Of a stretch of 64,000 nt of DNA, positions 51,480 to 64,000 are shown piece after piece. Position 1 is the first letter of the stretch, and each line of letters begins with the position of its first letter. This DNA is from Antechinus flavipes. Lineage: Eukaryota. The notes below the pieces were generated by a model. It was not told the origin of the DNA. It did not search any database and saw only the letters and a program-made list of their open reading frames with translations. The stretch is from contig NC_067398.1 of NCBI RefSeq assembly GCF_016432865.1, positions 397,110,001 through 397,174,000 of the forward strand. The letters are read 5' to 3'. The position numbers and the translations under genes are program-made.

Positions 51480-52200
51480 TGAATAGAGGCAGACAGCCCA
51501 AATCCCATATAGTATCTCTAGCAAAACCTAAGAATAACGCCAGACAGAATAATAATCAATAAATCCACGAAGAATTATAATAAGTTACTTATTCCATACC
51601 AGAACCACACAAAAAGTCATCCACAAGCCTTCAGGAAATAGGAAATGGAGGCTACTAGAAAATCCTATTGTAGATAGTATAGATCTGCCCCTATTGTAGG
51701 GCAGATAAACAAGCCCAAAACCTCCTTATATGATCAGACCAGCAGAGATATATTTGCCTGCCAGACTTTGTTTCCTGAGACAGCAAAAGCTGAGTTTCCT
51801 ACTCAACCCAAAAGCATTTAAAATATTATGAAACCCACAGGTTGGGCCTTGGAAGTAGCAGTGATCACTGCAGATACAGGGCTACAAATCCCTCTCACTC
51901 TTCTGAAGATGAAGTTCTCTGAACCTCAAGGATGGAGGGGAGGGATGGAGGCAAACCCCAGGAGGCAGAGAACAGCATGTGAACCTAGATGTTTTAGGGG
52001 AAATACTGATTCCCCCCCCCCCCAAAGCTCAAAAACTGAGACTGGAGAAATGAATGAACCAAAGAAGATGCAAACTGCTACAGTTATAATTGATCTAGAG
52101 GTTCTTTAAAAAACTAGAAGGACTGTGACAACTTTAAGAAGAAAATCAAAGGGAAAAAAGAATTAACTACAAAAACTACACAAATTTCTAAAAGAAAAGA
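51480..52200 (+). mobile_element. Possible ancient L1 5' UTR/ORF1 start
   Basis: Weak resemblance to marsupial L1 5' region. Confidence 0.35.
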
Positions 52201-53379
52201 AGCAAAAGATATGGTGAAGATTGGTGACTGATTTACTCATGCTTACCCTATTTTAAATAATAAATATGATAATGAATCAAATCAGCTAATCACATAAGCC
52301 TTAGATTCAGTGTGGAAAAATCCTTTGAACTATAGTGACACTACTTGAGAATTATTTTGGGATAAGCTGAGGAAGCTTGGGGTGCTCTCAGTGGTTGTTA
52401 TAAATTCTCTAGTTAGGACCCATCCATTCTAGAGGTTGGACTAAGCATGATTTTCCATCATACCCTTAGGGAGCAAAGATAGGATTGATGGTGACAGAAA
52501 AGGGAAATATCAAGCATATTATCAGATGTATTGGCATCTTAAAGCAGAAGAATAGGTGTGGAGGAAAGTCCCATGAAGAGGGCAGCTCTTTTTCCAAAAC
52601 TCCTTCCAACAACATCTGGATCTAAACTTGTAGTGGTTTGTATCTCCTTTGGTTCACTTATATCTCCAGCTTTCGTGACTATCCATAGATCCTAATATAA
52701 TCTATTACTTCATTACCCAAATGTTTCCAGTAAATAGAATTTTGCTTCTACCACAGAGAAGCCAAGGGTTTACTAGAGATTGCATGTAAATGTGAAATTA
52801 AGCAGAGAGCATAACCTCTGCTTAAATGTCAGAAATTTTCTTAAGGAGAGTATTATGAATTAATTCAAACTTTTCATCTAAAATAAACTCCCCAAAGCTG
52901 AAAAGAATCACTTCTGAGTCTTTTTGGCTAAATGTCTATCTAGGTCATGATCATTAACCTTAGTTATTCCTCAAGACAGTCTTCCCTTGGTGATCTCATC
53001 AGTTCTTTTGTATTCAATTGTCATCTCTATTAAGATGATTCCCAGATCTACATATTCAGGCCTAGTTATTCTTTTAAGCAATGGTCCCATGTTACCAACT
53101 ACCTTGTAAAATGTTTTAATTAAAAAAATTCTTTTTTTAATTGAACTAAATACAAAATAAGAAAAATGGGATAGAAAAAGTAAGACAGGAAAGGAAAATA
53201 TAAAAACTGAAACAAAACATTGTCCCATTCCCAGTACAATATCAGGGAGGATACAAAATATATAACAATAAATTTCCATTTTGAAAAAGCATATATAATA
53301 ATAGAAGAACTTTTTACTTTGTTCTCTTTTCCCCCTTTCATTCCCTCCATCTTCCCCAAACAGGCTATAGATCTATCTA

Positions 53380-53640
53380 TCTTTGCACACACACACACAC
53401 ATACATATTCATATCACTCACAATTCACATATATACATATGTCTATAATATACACATATACATATGCCTATATGTGTATAAGCATTTATCCATATGTAAA
53501 CATATATACACATGCATGCATATTCATACCACTCACATATCCACATATATACATATATTTATATACATATATACATATACCTATGTATACATATAATATG
53601 CATTTATCTATATGCAAACATGCATCTAAAACAATATTAA
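53380..53640. repeat. (CA)/(TA) compound microsatellite
   Basis: Explains supplied ORF 53220-53684 (HTHT/YIY rich). Confidence 0.85.
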
Positions 53641-53910
53641 TATGGCTGACATATAATATAGATTTCTCTAGATTGAAATTTTAAGTTTGAGTTTGTCTAA
53701 GATCAATGATTACTAGTTCTACCTTTTTTTTCTAATAAATTCTACTCCTGATCCTTGTTGTAGTGTTTTGTGCAGTTTTCTTATTTTCTATAAACAAGGT
53801 TGTGATACCACATGTGGACAAAAGGAAGGAAGGAAAGAAGTAGGGGGAAGGAGTTTTCTAACAGACCCGTTCTAGTTTGTGGGCCAGCTCTACTCACAGA
53901 GGTTATTCTA

Positions 53911-54362
53911 TGTCCTTTCTAGAAGAGGACCATGACATCAGGGAAGTGATGCCATGACATGCAAGTGAATTGGATCTACGTGAGGGAAGGTGGTGCAAGG
54001 TCACCCGCCTCATCTTCCCTTCCAGAGCCATCTGGGTCCAGTGGCCAAATAGAGATAAGGATGATCACAGATGGGCCTGGATGTGGTGGGAGATCTTGGC
54101 CTTTTTTAAACTAAAATCTTTAAACTAAAAAAAGTCTTGATTTGACTGAAGCCACACTCATTCAGTGATTAAGGCTAGGTAGCAATTGAGGCAAAGAATC
54201 TCCTTCTTAGTCCAAAAAAAAGTCACTAGACCCAGATGGCTCTGGAGGGAAAATGAGGCAGTTGACCTTGCCCAGCCCTCCCTCACTTAAATCTAATTAA
54301 CTTGCATGTCATGGCATCTCCAACCTGATGTCGTGGTCCTCTTCCAGAATGAAGGACGAACA
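53911..54362. mobile_element. RTE-tailed marsupial SINE (WALLSI-like) arranged as an inverted repeat
   Basis: Arms 53911-54043 and 54224-54362 are reverse complements; each outer end resembles the RTE 3' tail (gtcctcttccagaatgaaggac). Confidence 0.7.
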
Positions 54363-54364
54363 AT

Positions 54365-56506
54365 AAGAATATTTCCTATCTTTCTAACTCTTTTACTTTA
54401 ATTCTGTTCCTTAATTTGCCTTGTATTACTTAAACTTTCCCCATCCATGGATCCCTCTCTTCTCTTCTTCCCTCACCTTTTCCTTTTCTCTTTATCCTAT
54501 CCTCATTAATCTACACACCATATCCCACTCCTGCTAATCTAAACACCTTTCTGCACCCCACTTTATCCTATGCTACCCTTTCACACCATTTTTATCTCTT
54601 TCCCATCAATCTATACACCTTGTCCCACTACCATAATTCTATACATCTTCTATACTCCACCTTATCCTATTCCTTCCCCCTCTTATTTCTTTATAGATTT
54701 TGGAGGATGTTATGCCCTTCTTGGAATATATATATAGTATTCCCTGTTTAAACTATTCCCAATGTGAGTAGATTTTCAGAATTATGAATCTCCTCCCTTC
54801 TCTAATGCCTTTGTGTGGATTCTTCCTCTGTACCTCATTTGTATAACATAAAATTAGTATTTTTACTTTTCCTAGACAGTTATGTTTTTTAGAATCAGAC
54901 CATTCTCAGCTCTGTTCCAATCTTTCTTTTAGTCAATTACTGATTTCAATCTTAAATATATAATATACATTTCCATGTAAAAAACAATTTGTCCATGTTG
55001 GGTTTCTTGAAATTAATGTTAAATTTCCTATTAAGTTTGAGTTTGGTTGACACAAAGTCCTGAAAATCTGCAAATTCGTTGAATGTCTATTTTTAAAATT
55101 CAATATTATAGATAATTTTGCTGGATATGATATTTTTGGCTGTAGCCCTAGTTCTTTTGATTGTTGGTAGATATGATTCCAGGACCTGTGGTCTTTTATT
55201 GTGGCTGCTGTTAAGTCCTGTACAATTCTAATTGTAGCTCCAACATATTGAATTGGTTTTTTTCTTGTTTCTTGCAAAATTTTCTTTAATCTGGGGGTTT
55301 TGAAATTTGATAATAATATTCCTATGTGCTTTCCACAAAGGGTCTTGTTGAAGTGGTAATTGGTGGATTTTTTCTATTACTATTTTCCCTCATGTTCTAT
55401 CACTTCAGGACAATTTTCTTGTATTGTTTCTTGCGTTATCGTGTCAAGGGTTTTTTTTTTTTTTTTTTTTTTTTTTTAGTCACAACTTTCGGACAGTCCA
55501 ATTATTCTTATATTTCTCTTCCTGATCTGCTCTCCAGATCTGTCATTTTTCTTGTAAGATGTTTCACATTCTTTTCTATTTTTTTTATTCTTTATAATAT
55601 GTTTTGTTATTTCTTGGTCTCTCATAGCTTCACTGGCTTCCCCTTGCCCAATTCTAATTTTCAAAGAATTATTTTTTTTCTTTGAGACTATCTATTTTTT
55701 AATTTGGTTGACTTTTTTTCATAACCTTGTTTTTCTTGGATTTTGTTTTTGGTTTTTTTAGTTTTTCCTCAATGTCTCTCATTTGATTTTTAAATTCTTT
55801 TTTGAGTTCTCGAAATTCTGTCTGGGCAGGGAACCATTTCACTCTTTGGTGTAGAAGCTTTTTTTTTTTTTTTTTTTTTTAAACTTCAGTGGCCTTTTCT
55901 GAAGATGAACCCAGGTCTTCCCTGTTCCCATAGTTTGTTTCTATGGTGGGGTTCTTTCTTTGCCGGTTCATAATAAGAGGTATTAGTGTAAGTGCCTCTA
56001 ATGTGGGGTGGAGAGATGGTGCCTTGAGCTTCCCTTCAGGTCTGATCTGGAACCCCAAACCAGGAGCTTCCCCCTCCCACATGTGAGCCAGAGCGTCCCT
56101 GCCCCACTGCCTCTGCACCCACCAGGGGCTGGCTTCTTCTCACTCAGGGCAGCGCTGTAGCATAACTTGGCCTGGAGTTCCTAATCAGCCGAGGTTCACT
56201 TGGTCTTCCTGGACTCAGACTCCCATTCCTCAAACAGTCAGGGAGGTGAAAATTTCTATGGTTCTGCTGAGGCTCCAGCCACACCCAGCCAGGGGCTCCC
56301 ACTTGGTATTTCTGTGGTGGGTACTTCATATGGGTTAATCTCAGGCTCAGGGACTTTCTTCAGATCTTCTTGGATTATACCTGGAGGACCCCTGTTCTGT
56401 CCCACGTTCACCAGTTTTTGTCTTGGGGAGCAAATGTGTTCTGTTTGTGGGGAAATCTGCAGAGCTTGAAATTTACTGACCTATTCTACCATCTTCCCAG
56501 AATTCT
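54365..56506 (-). mobile_element. L1 5' part: 5' UTR, decayed ORF1 and inter-ORF region
   Basis: ORF1p remnants GATIRIVQDLTAATIKDHRSWNHIYQQSKELGLQPKISYPAKLSII and RKRNIRIIGLSES; 5' end gggaagatggtagaatag. Confidence 0.88.
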
Positions 56507-56509
56507 CCC

Positions 56510-57230
56510 TCCCCAACTACTTTTTGAACATCACAATTAGTATTTTTATATGCATATCAAACTCAAAATGTCAAAATTAGAACTCATCAATTAAATCTCC
56601 CACCCCAGCTAAACCTTTCTTTCCTATTACTGTTTTGGGTTCCACCATTGTTCAGGCCTCCATCCTTGGTTCCATCCCCCCATATATAACCTACTGCTAA
56701 ATCTTGCTTTTACCTTCACAACACCCTTCTTATATTTAGCTTTCTCTCCACTCAACAGCTACCACCCTCTTACAAATCCTTATCATTTCCTTCATGAACT
56801 ATTGAAATATCTTAGTAATTTGTCATGCTGTCTTCAGTCTATTTCTATTTTAATCAATCTTCTACTCAGCTGCCAAAGTGATTTTTGTAAAGCAGAGGTC
56901 TGACGGTGTCAATCTCCACTACTTAGTAAATGCTGGTAGCTCCCATAACCTGTAGGATTAAATATAAATATAAATATAAAATGCTCTGTTTACAATCTAA
57001 GTCCTTTCTACCTATCCAGGATTCTTAAATTCTACTCCCCTCCAAAAGCTTTGCAATCCAGCTACACTGGCTTCCTTACTATTCCTCACCTTATTATGCC
57101 TCTGTCTCTTCAACTCCACCTCCTAAATTTTCTGGCTTCTTTCAATATTCAGCTTAAATCTTAACATTTTCTAAGAGGCATTTCTCAATCGCCCTAGCCA
57201 CCTCTGAGATAACCTTTAATACATCTAATG
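56510..57230 (+). mobile_element. L2 fragment
   Basis: tcaaactcaaaatgtcaaaattagaactc...ctcagctgccaaagtgattttt...aatattcagcttaaatc. Confidence 0.8.
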
Positions 57231-57966
57231 CAGTAGATGGTGGTAGAAAGTGGGGAGAAAAGGCAAGATTTTGTTGAGAAAAAAAGAATAAGAAAAGAAA
57301 AAATGATAATCATTGAAATGAGTAAATTGAAGTTTGAAAGAAAGTATAGATAAGGACATTTTTGAAAGTAATAAATTGAATTTATTTTATATGTATATAT
57401 TTTTAAATAAATGGTACAGAATATTCAGTTTCATATGAAGACTTTTTTTCTATTTTATGTATGGAAATTCTTTGTGTTAATTTCAGAAAAAGCCATTTTT
57501 AATAAGTTCAGAATAATAAATCAAACATTCTACTTTCAAAAGCTGTTTGGCTTGTCTCCTTCTAGTTTCCTTTGTGAATGAAAAAATGTTTAATAACTCT
57601 TTTCTTTCTTTTCTTCATCTAGGCAGTTTTTCTGATAGCCTAGCCTTACCTAGAGTGAAATTAGTCCAATGTACAACCAGAGTCAGAGTAAATATTCTAA
57701 TGTCAAAGGCAGAATGAATGGATTAGGATTTGTGATTGCTACAATAATAAAGGAAGTAATAAAAGAAGAACCCTATTACTTTGTAATGGACAAAAAGCTT
57801 ATTAAACTGGTAACTGAATGTTGAGGTCATGGAATTTTGATTTATTATCAGCAAATGTTTGATTTTTTACCTATTTTACATATCTATATATTAAGGGTTA
57901 AATAAAAGTTTCTCTGGCAAAAAGGTCATGTGAGTGGAACAAACTTTAACAAGCCCTGATTTAGGG

Positions 57967-58180
57967 CAGAGGTGTCAAACACATGGCCCATTTGTGGCCT
58001 ACAACACTACTAAATGCTGCTAGAATCAGATTAAAATGTAATTGAGAAATAGTTAACGAAGTGAATAAAAATTCAAAAACCCCATAATAATACATTTAAA
58101 GACTAACCCAATATTCACCCAACAGGGATCCTTAGGTAGGAATTAGTAGCCCCTGTATCTATTTGAGATTGATGACACTA
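57967..58180. mobile_element. hAT/Charlie-type MITE
   Basis: cagaggtgtcaaac ... gattgatgacacta imperfect TIRs. Confidence 0.6.
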
Positions 58181-61069
58181 TCTGAAAGCCCCGATTGAAG
58201 GAGTAGGATAGTATTGTTTAGGGTTATCAAGAAATTTCTTAACTAAAGGATTTACATAAGAATATCTTCCTTGAATCATAGTTAGAAAATTTAGGCTAGC
58301 CTAAAGCATAATGGTTACCTGTAAAATTAAATAAGTAAATTTATTTTAAAATTTTAATTATTTTTTGTAAAAGTTAATTTAATGGAATTTACAGTGCATA
58401 TTGAAAGCATGATACAAATGGTAATTTTAATTTTCCTATATTAATAAGGAAGCACAACATAATTCACATCAGATTTATAATTTGTTACACATCTTTGCAG
58501 TTCATCAAATGCCCTCAACACTGTTAAAACAATTCTAAAATGTTGTTCACTTAGGACCAAAAGTAATTGTCTATATTTTAAAAAAGATAAGATTTTAATA
58601 TATGCTTATTTAATTCAGGTATACATAATTTTACATAAACTTAAAGATGGATCAAAATATTAAAAAAAATAGAAAATCATTAGTTTTATAATTTATGTTC
58701 AAAAGCTTATACAACTGTCGATTGTAAATCAGTAACTTTAAAGAAAGAAAATTTGCCAGTTTGGTAGATTATGATATTACAGATTTACAGCAATTCCTTC
58801 ATTTTACATATGAGGAAAATGAGTCAGAGAGATTAGTGATCTGCTCAAGGTGGTTCAGCTAATATAAAAGTGGGGATTTGGATTTGGGTCTGGATTCCAA
58901 CCAAAAAAGTTAAAAATTATTTTAAAAAATGCCACAATCAAATAGCTATATGATAGTAAATAATTCATACAATACAAAAATAGCCTTTTAAACTTGGATT
59001 GTGTCATCTTTGCCTCTTTTGGGTAGCTTGATACCAATTCTTTTCCCTTTCCTGAACCAGACAGAAAGAGAAAATGGTGATAGCTTGTGCCTGGCAGATA
59101 GGAGATAACCATGTATAGGGAGAAGCTGACCTCAACTTTCTGCAGTTATCACCACCAAAAAAAGTCTCCCTTGGTACAATCCTTCTCTATGTTTTACTCA
59201 ATAGTTGAGGAATACTTTTTTTTGAGCTTTCTCAAGGTCATTTTTGAAGATGTTCAGCAATTTGAATTTGGAGCTTGACTGGAGATTGGGAACCAGGGAG
59301 CTAAAACATTTTTTTAAAAATGGAAAAATGGGGGAAAATCATTGTAAATGGTTAAGAGGGATAAATAAAAAGTTACTCTAGGAGGGATAAGAATTCTACA
59401 ATAGAATGTGATTGCAATCAGTGAGGAGAAGTGTATGGAATCATTTCTAGCAGCAGGTCAGTGGTTAGATTCTTAAGTAATTCCCTTTTCTTCTAAGCAT
59501 CATCTGGTTGCAGTGGTTGAGCTGGCCACTCAAGCAAATTTCTTGAACAGAGGGATGAATATTCAGCAGGATGCAGACATTATCTTGTTACTCACAAATT
59601 TGTGTCTGGGCTCCTTCCACCCCTGGATAAAGATAATTGTAAATCATGTAAATACCTCATGTTGTATAATTCCCTTTCCCTTTCCCTCTTCCCACCCCAC
59701 TCAGTTGTATTTATTTTAGCAAAAGGATAATTTTCATAGATTTATGGCAGGTTCTGGTAAGCTAGAAACACTCTTGAGTACCAGCCTAGGGACAATTAGT
59801 ATATTTGTCATTTAGGAAACAGTCTGGCTAGGTTTGTTGGAGAAGCTTAATACCCAAAGGCTGGCCACAGGAAGATGACTTTTCTCCAGGAGCACAGCTT
59901 AGTCTACTAAAGGCACAGAAGATTTATTTTGTTGGCGAGAACATTTATAACACTGGTCTTTGAACATGACACAAATATACCTATAGTATAGAGTTCTGGT
60001 GGTCACTTGGTTCATATTAAGTTTTTGAGAACTTGTGATCAAGAGAGCATTTTGATCACAAGGTATATAAATTCATCAGATATAGGATCATTGAATCAGC
60101 TCTAGAGCTAGACACTTAGTGGCCAGCTAGTTCATTCCCTTCATTTTTAAGGTGAGTAAACTGATGCCCAATATTGCTAAACAATGCAATCTACTATTAA
60201 TATCTCTTGCTTCTACCTAGTCCCCCATTAATGAACTACTGTTTTCTTGTTTCCAGCTGTGGCTAGTGCTTTTTCTTTCCCTCTACTGTTTTCTAGTGTC
60301 TCCTACATGCCCATGGAAGTTTCAAGGTAATTTATATGGCCCTAGAGCTAGCTGCCAAGGCCATAAAGGAAGCTGAAAGGAATCCACTAATCCTAAATCA
60401 GCTAGAAGCAAGAGACTGGATAAATAATCTTTGGGAGGAGGAAAAATAAAAGATCTTGATAGTGTCTGACTGACCCTCTTGTGTTTCTGCTTACAAAAAA
60501 GCTAAAAAAACTCTTTTGATTAGTCACTCTCCCCCAACTCTCAAGGGAATGCATACTTCCCTTTCCGGTCTCACAAGAATCATAACACTAATTATTCCAT
60601 CTCAGAGGAAGATGTCTTAGAATCAGATGATAACTCTAGGAGATGCTCCTGAAATTGTAGCTCAGGAGTCAGAAGTTATCAAGAAAAAAGAAGGGCTTCA
60701 GCACATGATGGAGATGATAGATTGCATCTTTAGTTGCAAGCTGATCCTCAGGATCATATCAAGTGACCTACAAGAAGTAGAGATAAGAAACACTTAGGCA
60801 CAGTAAATTGTCAGGAGGCAGAAATGAGAAAAAGGTTTCCAGTTATGATGCAATTGCTTCAAAGAATGAATTATTCAGGAAGTGCTTTTTCCCCATTGGC
60901 AGGGAAATTTGTGAGATACTCAATCATTTTTTGTTTGAGGCTGAAAAAGATTTTATTTCTTGATCTTTTACTTATTTTATTATTTTGAACTAGTTAAATG
61001 GTTTACTAGTTGATTCTATATGTCCTAATTTATTGGTAGAGAACATTCTTGATGTTATAGCCATATTTA

Positions 61070-61320
61070 TGTAATCATAGAGTCAATGTGGCATAGTGAA
61101 TATAGGACTGAATCTGAAATCAGGAAAACCTATTTCATATGCTAGCTCTATGATCCTAGGCAATTTACCCCTCTCCATGTTTTACTTTGCTCATTTGTAA
61201 AGGAAACAAAAAAATAACCCCTCCTTCATAGGATTGGTATAAGGACCAGGTGAGATAATGAATATAAAGTGCCTAAAAATCCTTAAAGCACCATATAAAT
61301 GTGAGCTATTATTAATTATG
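61070..61320 (+). mobile_element. MIR SINE
   Basis: gtggcatagtgaa...gaaatcaggaaaacct...aaagcaccatataaatgtgagctattatt. Confidence 0.75.
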
Positions 61321-63059
61321 ATTATGCATAACACTCTACATAGAAACTGGGATTAGTGAGGGATCATAGGACCACAGATTTAGCAATGGATGGGCCCTTA
61401 GAGGCCATTTAGTTTAATTCTCTCATTTTATAGGAGTTCCATAGTACTGTGAGACTTGTGCTACATGTTGATATAACTACCATTCCCACAGACACTATAG
61501 TAATTAAAGTAGCATAGATAATGGCTTTAAAATATATTTTTAATCTTAATAAGGATTTTTTAGGACATAATTTGTAGCAGAAGCATATCACTTTAGAATA
61601 GATCCGTGGGAGTAAGGAGTTTATATCAATTATTATTCATTGAAGATTTAGAGAAGATGGCTGCAGAGGAACCATCTTGCTTATTACAAAGTTTTGAAAT
61701 TGATCTTAATGATAATCAGAGAATCATTGAACAAAGTTATCTTTATTGTTATATCTTTCAAGAATCATTGTATAATCTTGACACACACATAAGAGATACT
61801 TTATTGGAGAAGAGCCTTAGTGAGGTGTTTTGAGTAATCAATTTTTAAAAAATAGTAAACAAACAAGAATGAAAATGGGATCTTATATTCACTTTAGATC
61901 TTTCTTAATGAATTATAAAGATTATAGTTAACTGTGGTCTGCAATAGAATATGATTGCACTTGAGGCCTTATATAGATTGCATGTTTTATTATATAAGAT
62001 TGAGCATTTTTAGTGATGTTTTTAGCTTTATTGGAAATTTGCAGTGAAAACAAACTGGATTATTATTAATATATTTTTTCCCTCTATATTTGATCTTGAA
62101 AGATTTCCTAATGGATAATTAACCAATTTACTTAGGGAATATATAGGCAGAAAAGTCTGAGTGTTCTCCCTCATGGCCTGGTGCTATCTTTCCTCCACTC
62201 CATTCTTGAATTAGAAAATAAATTCTCTAAAAATATTGAATACTTAAGTTTTGAAATTGTAAGATTTTTTCCCTAACCCCCTTTCTTTTCAGTTGAATAA
62301 TTTCATAACACTGATGAATTACTTTGTCTAGGTTAGAATATTTACAATTTTGAGGTCTAAAGGAGCAAATATTGACTATCTAGTAGTAAGTTTGATTTGC
62401 TACTGGTTAGATGGGATCATTCATACTAATAGTTGAAAGCTTATTTTAAAAAATATTTTTATTGTATCTATACATTAATGATCCAATTAATAAGTATTTA
62501 TTTAGTAGCTCTATGTTCCAGGCACTATCCTAGTACCATAAGGACAAAAAAGATAAAGAACGAAACAATTCCTTCTCTCAAGGAACTTACATTCTAGTGG
62601 AGGATAAAACTAGCACATATAAAAGTCTATATAGAATAGATATAAATATGATAGAGTCAAGGAAACTAACATTGGTATTCATCCAGAGTAGGGGCTTGTC
62701 ACTATTTTAATGTTGTGATCCCCTTTCATAATCTGGTGAAGCCTAAATTCTTTCTTGCATAAAATAAAATTTATAGGATTACAAAAGAAACCAATTATAT
62801 TGAAGTAAAGTTATTAAAATATTAAAACATTTTTATGAATCTCAGATTAAGAACTCCTCAAGATGTAAATAATACTTAGTGGAACAATCTTATTTTAACA
62901 TTTTTTAATTCTTGAGCTTCCCATTTAAACTAATGAATAAACCATTGTGACTAAAGACTACTCTGACAGAAAAAACCAGCTGAGACAGCATGACAGGTTT
63001 TGTGCAGTCTGGGATTGTCTTGAGCTTCTTTTGACCAAAACAGGTTGTTTTTTTTTTTT

Positions 63060-63270
63060 TTTCAATCGATATTTATTTAAATTTTTTGACTATTTATTTA
63101 ATATTTTATTTTCCCCAGTTACATGTAAAACAATTTTTTAAGATTTATTTTTAAAACTTTGACTTCCAGATTCTCTTCTTTCTTCCCTTCTCCCCACCCT
63201 TCACCCTTGAGAAAATATATATAAAGTTATGCAAAACATTTCCATAAATTTTCATTGGGAAACAAATATT
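63060..63270 (-). mobile_element. L1 3' end fragment
   Basis: T-rich start, ttttccccagttacatgtaaaacaattttt...ttatgcaaaacatttccata. Confidence 0.75.
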
Positions 63271-64000
63271 AATCTGCCCACATTAGTCTTTACAGCCCAG
63301 ACCAGGATCTTGAGATCCATTGACTGAGCCTATTCCTTTAGTATTTTTCATCTAAGGGATATGCCTGGGAATAAAAGAATTTCTACACTAAGACTAGAAA
63401 AATCCCTTAATAAAAGATTTCTGCCTTCGCTTATTCCAAGTGCCAACAACATATGGTCTTTACAGGAGTGTGGTTTTCTTCTTTTTTTTAATACAATTGA
63501 GACATGGTCAATCTAAAAAAGGAATTAAGGAAGAGAGGTAAATATAACACAAAACAAAATGGCACACAAAACCAGAAGTGTCAAAAGACATAGGAATCTT
63601 CAGTGTAACCTATCAGACTTTGTCTTTGGCTCAGTCTAAAGAGTTGTAGTGGCTCTTAACTCATTTCTTTATCTTACTTAGCAGTCTAACATACTCTCAA
63701 ATAAATAAGAAACTGCTTTTTCACCACCAAATAATTTCTCAGTTCACTTTAGGCCTAGTATCTACCATTACAAATGGTAATTTGCATAAAATTAAATTTA
63801 TAGGATTACAAAAGAAACCAATTATGTTGAAATAAAGCATTTAAAATATTAAAAACATTTTTATGACTCTCAGATTAAGAACTCCTAAAAATGGAAATAA
63901 TACTTAATAACACTTGGTGCTAATCTTTTGCACCTGGTTCTCCAACAAGTTTTAAGTTCTTTATTTTTAGGCTTCAAAATTCAAATACCTTATTGCACAT

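Noticed and set aside
52270-52620. Faint LINE RT-like peptide (LFWDKLRKLG)
   Set aside because: Single short motif; downstream RT motifs could not be recovered, so too weak to call.
53220-53684. Longest supplied ORF (154 aa)
   Set aside because: Translation of an L1 3' end plus a TA/CA microsatellite.
60590-60800. Acidic, protein-like translations (SEEDVLESDD; DAPEIVAQESEVIKKKEG)
   Set aside because: Split across frames, short, no family recognised; possibly a decayed transposon but unsupported.
1-64000. tRNA, rRNA, CRISPR array, NUMT or second protein-coding gene
   Set aside because: None seen. tRNA-like A/B boxes all belong to SINE heads.

Overview
AT-rich, repeat-dense marsupial genomic DNA, most likely a dasyurid (WSINE1 and MAR1 SINEs, marsupial L1/RTE, an OC1-type hAT MITE). 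One protein-coding gene is supported: DAP (death-associated protein 1) on the minus strand. Coding exon 1 (33744-33798) lies in a CpG island, and exon 2 (20894-20990) follows a 12.75-kb intron. Together they read MSSPTDEKVETRAGHPPAVKAGGMRIVQKHPHSGDAKEDRDKDDQEWEST(S). I did not find exon 3, so positions 1-20893 are read as intron 2. Positions ~34.6-64 kb are upstream intergenic DNA made of L1, L2, L3, RTE, MIR/MAR1, solo LTRs and hAT MITEs. The other supplied ORFs I examined are repeat remnants or chance ORFs. I found no convincing new gene system. The most unusual signal is structural: several fold-back or templated duplications flank the DAP promoter, including a ~560-bp-arm hairpin in intron 2 and a near-perfect ~175-bp inverted repeat 1.5-3.3 kb upstream of the start codon. 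Repeat family names come from recalled consensus sequences, not a database search, and most repeat boundaries are approximate.
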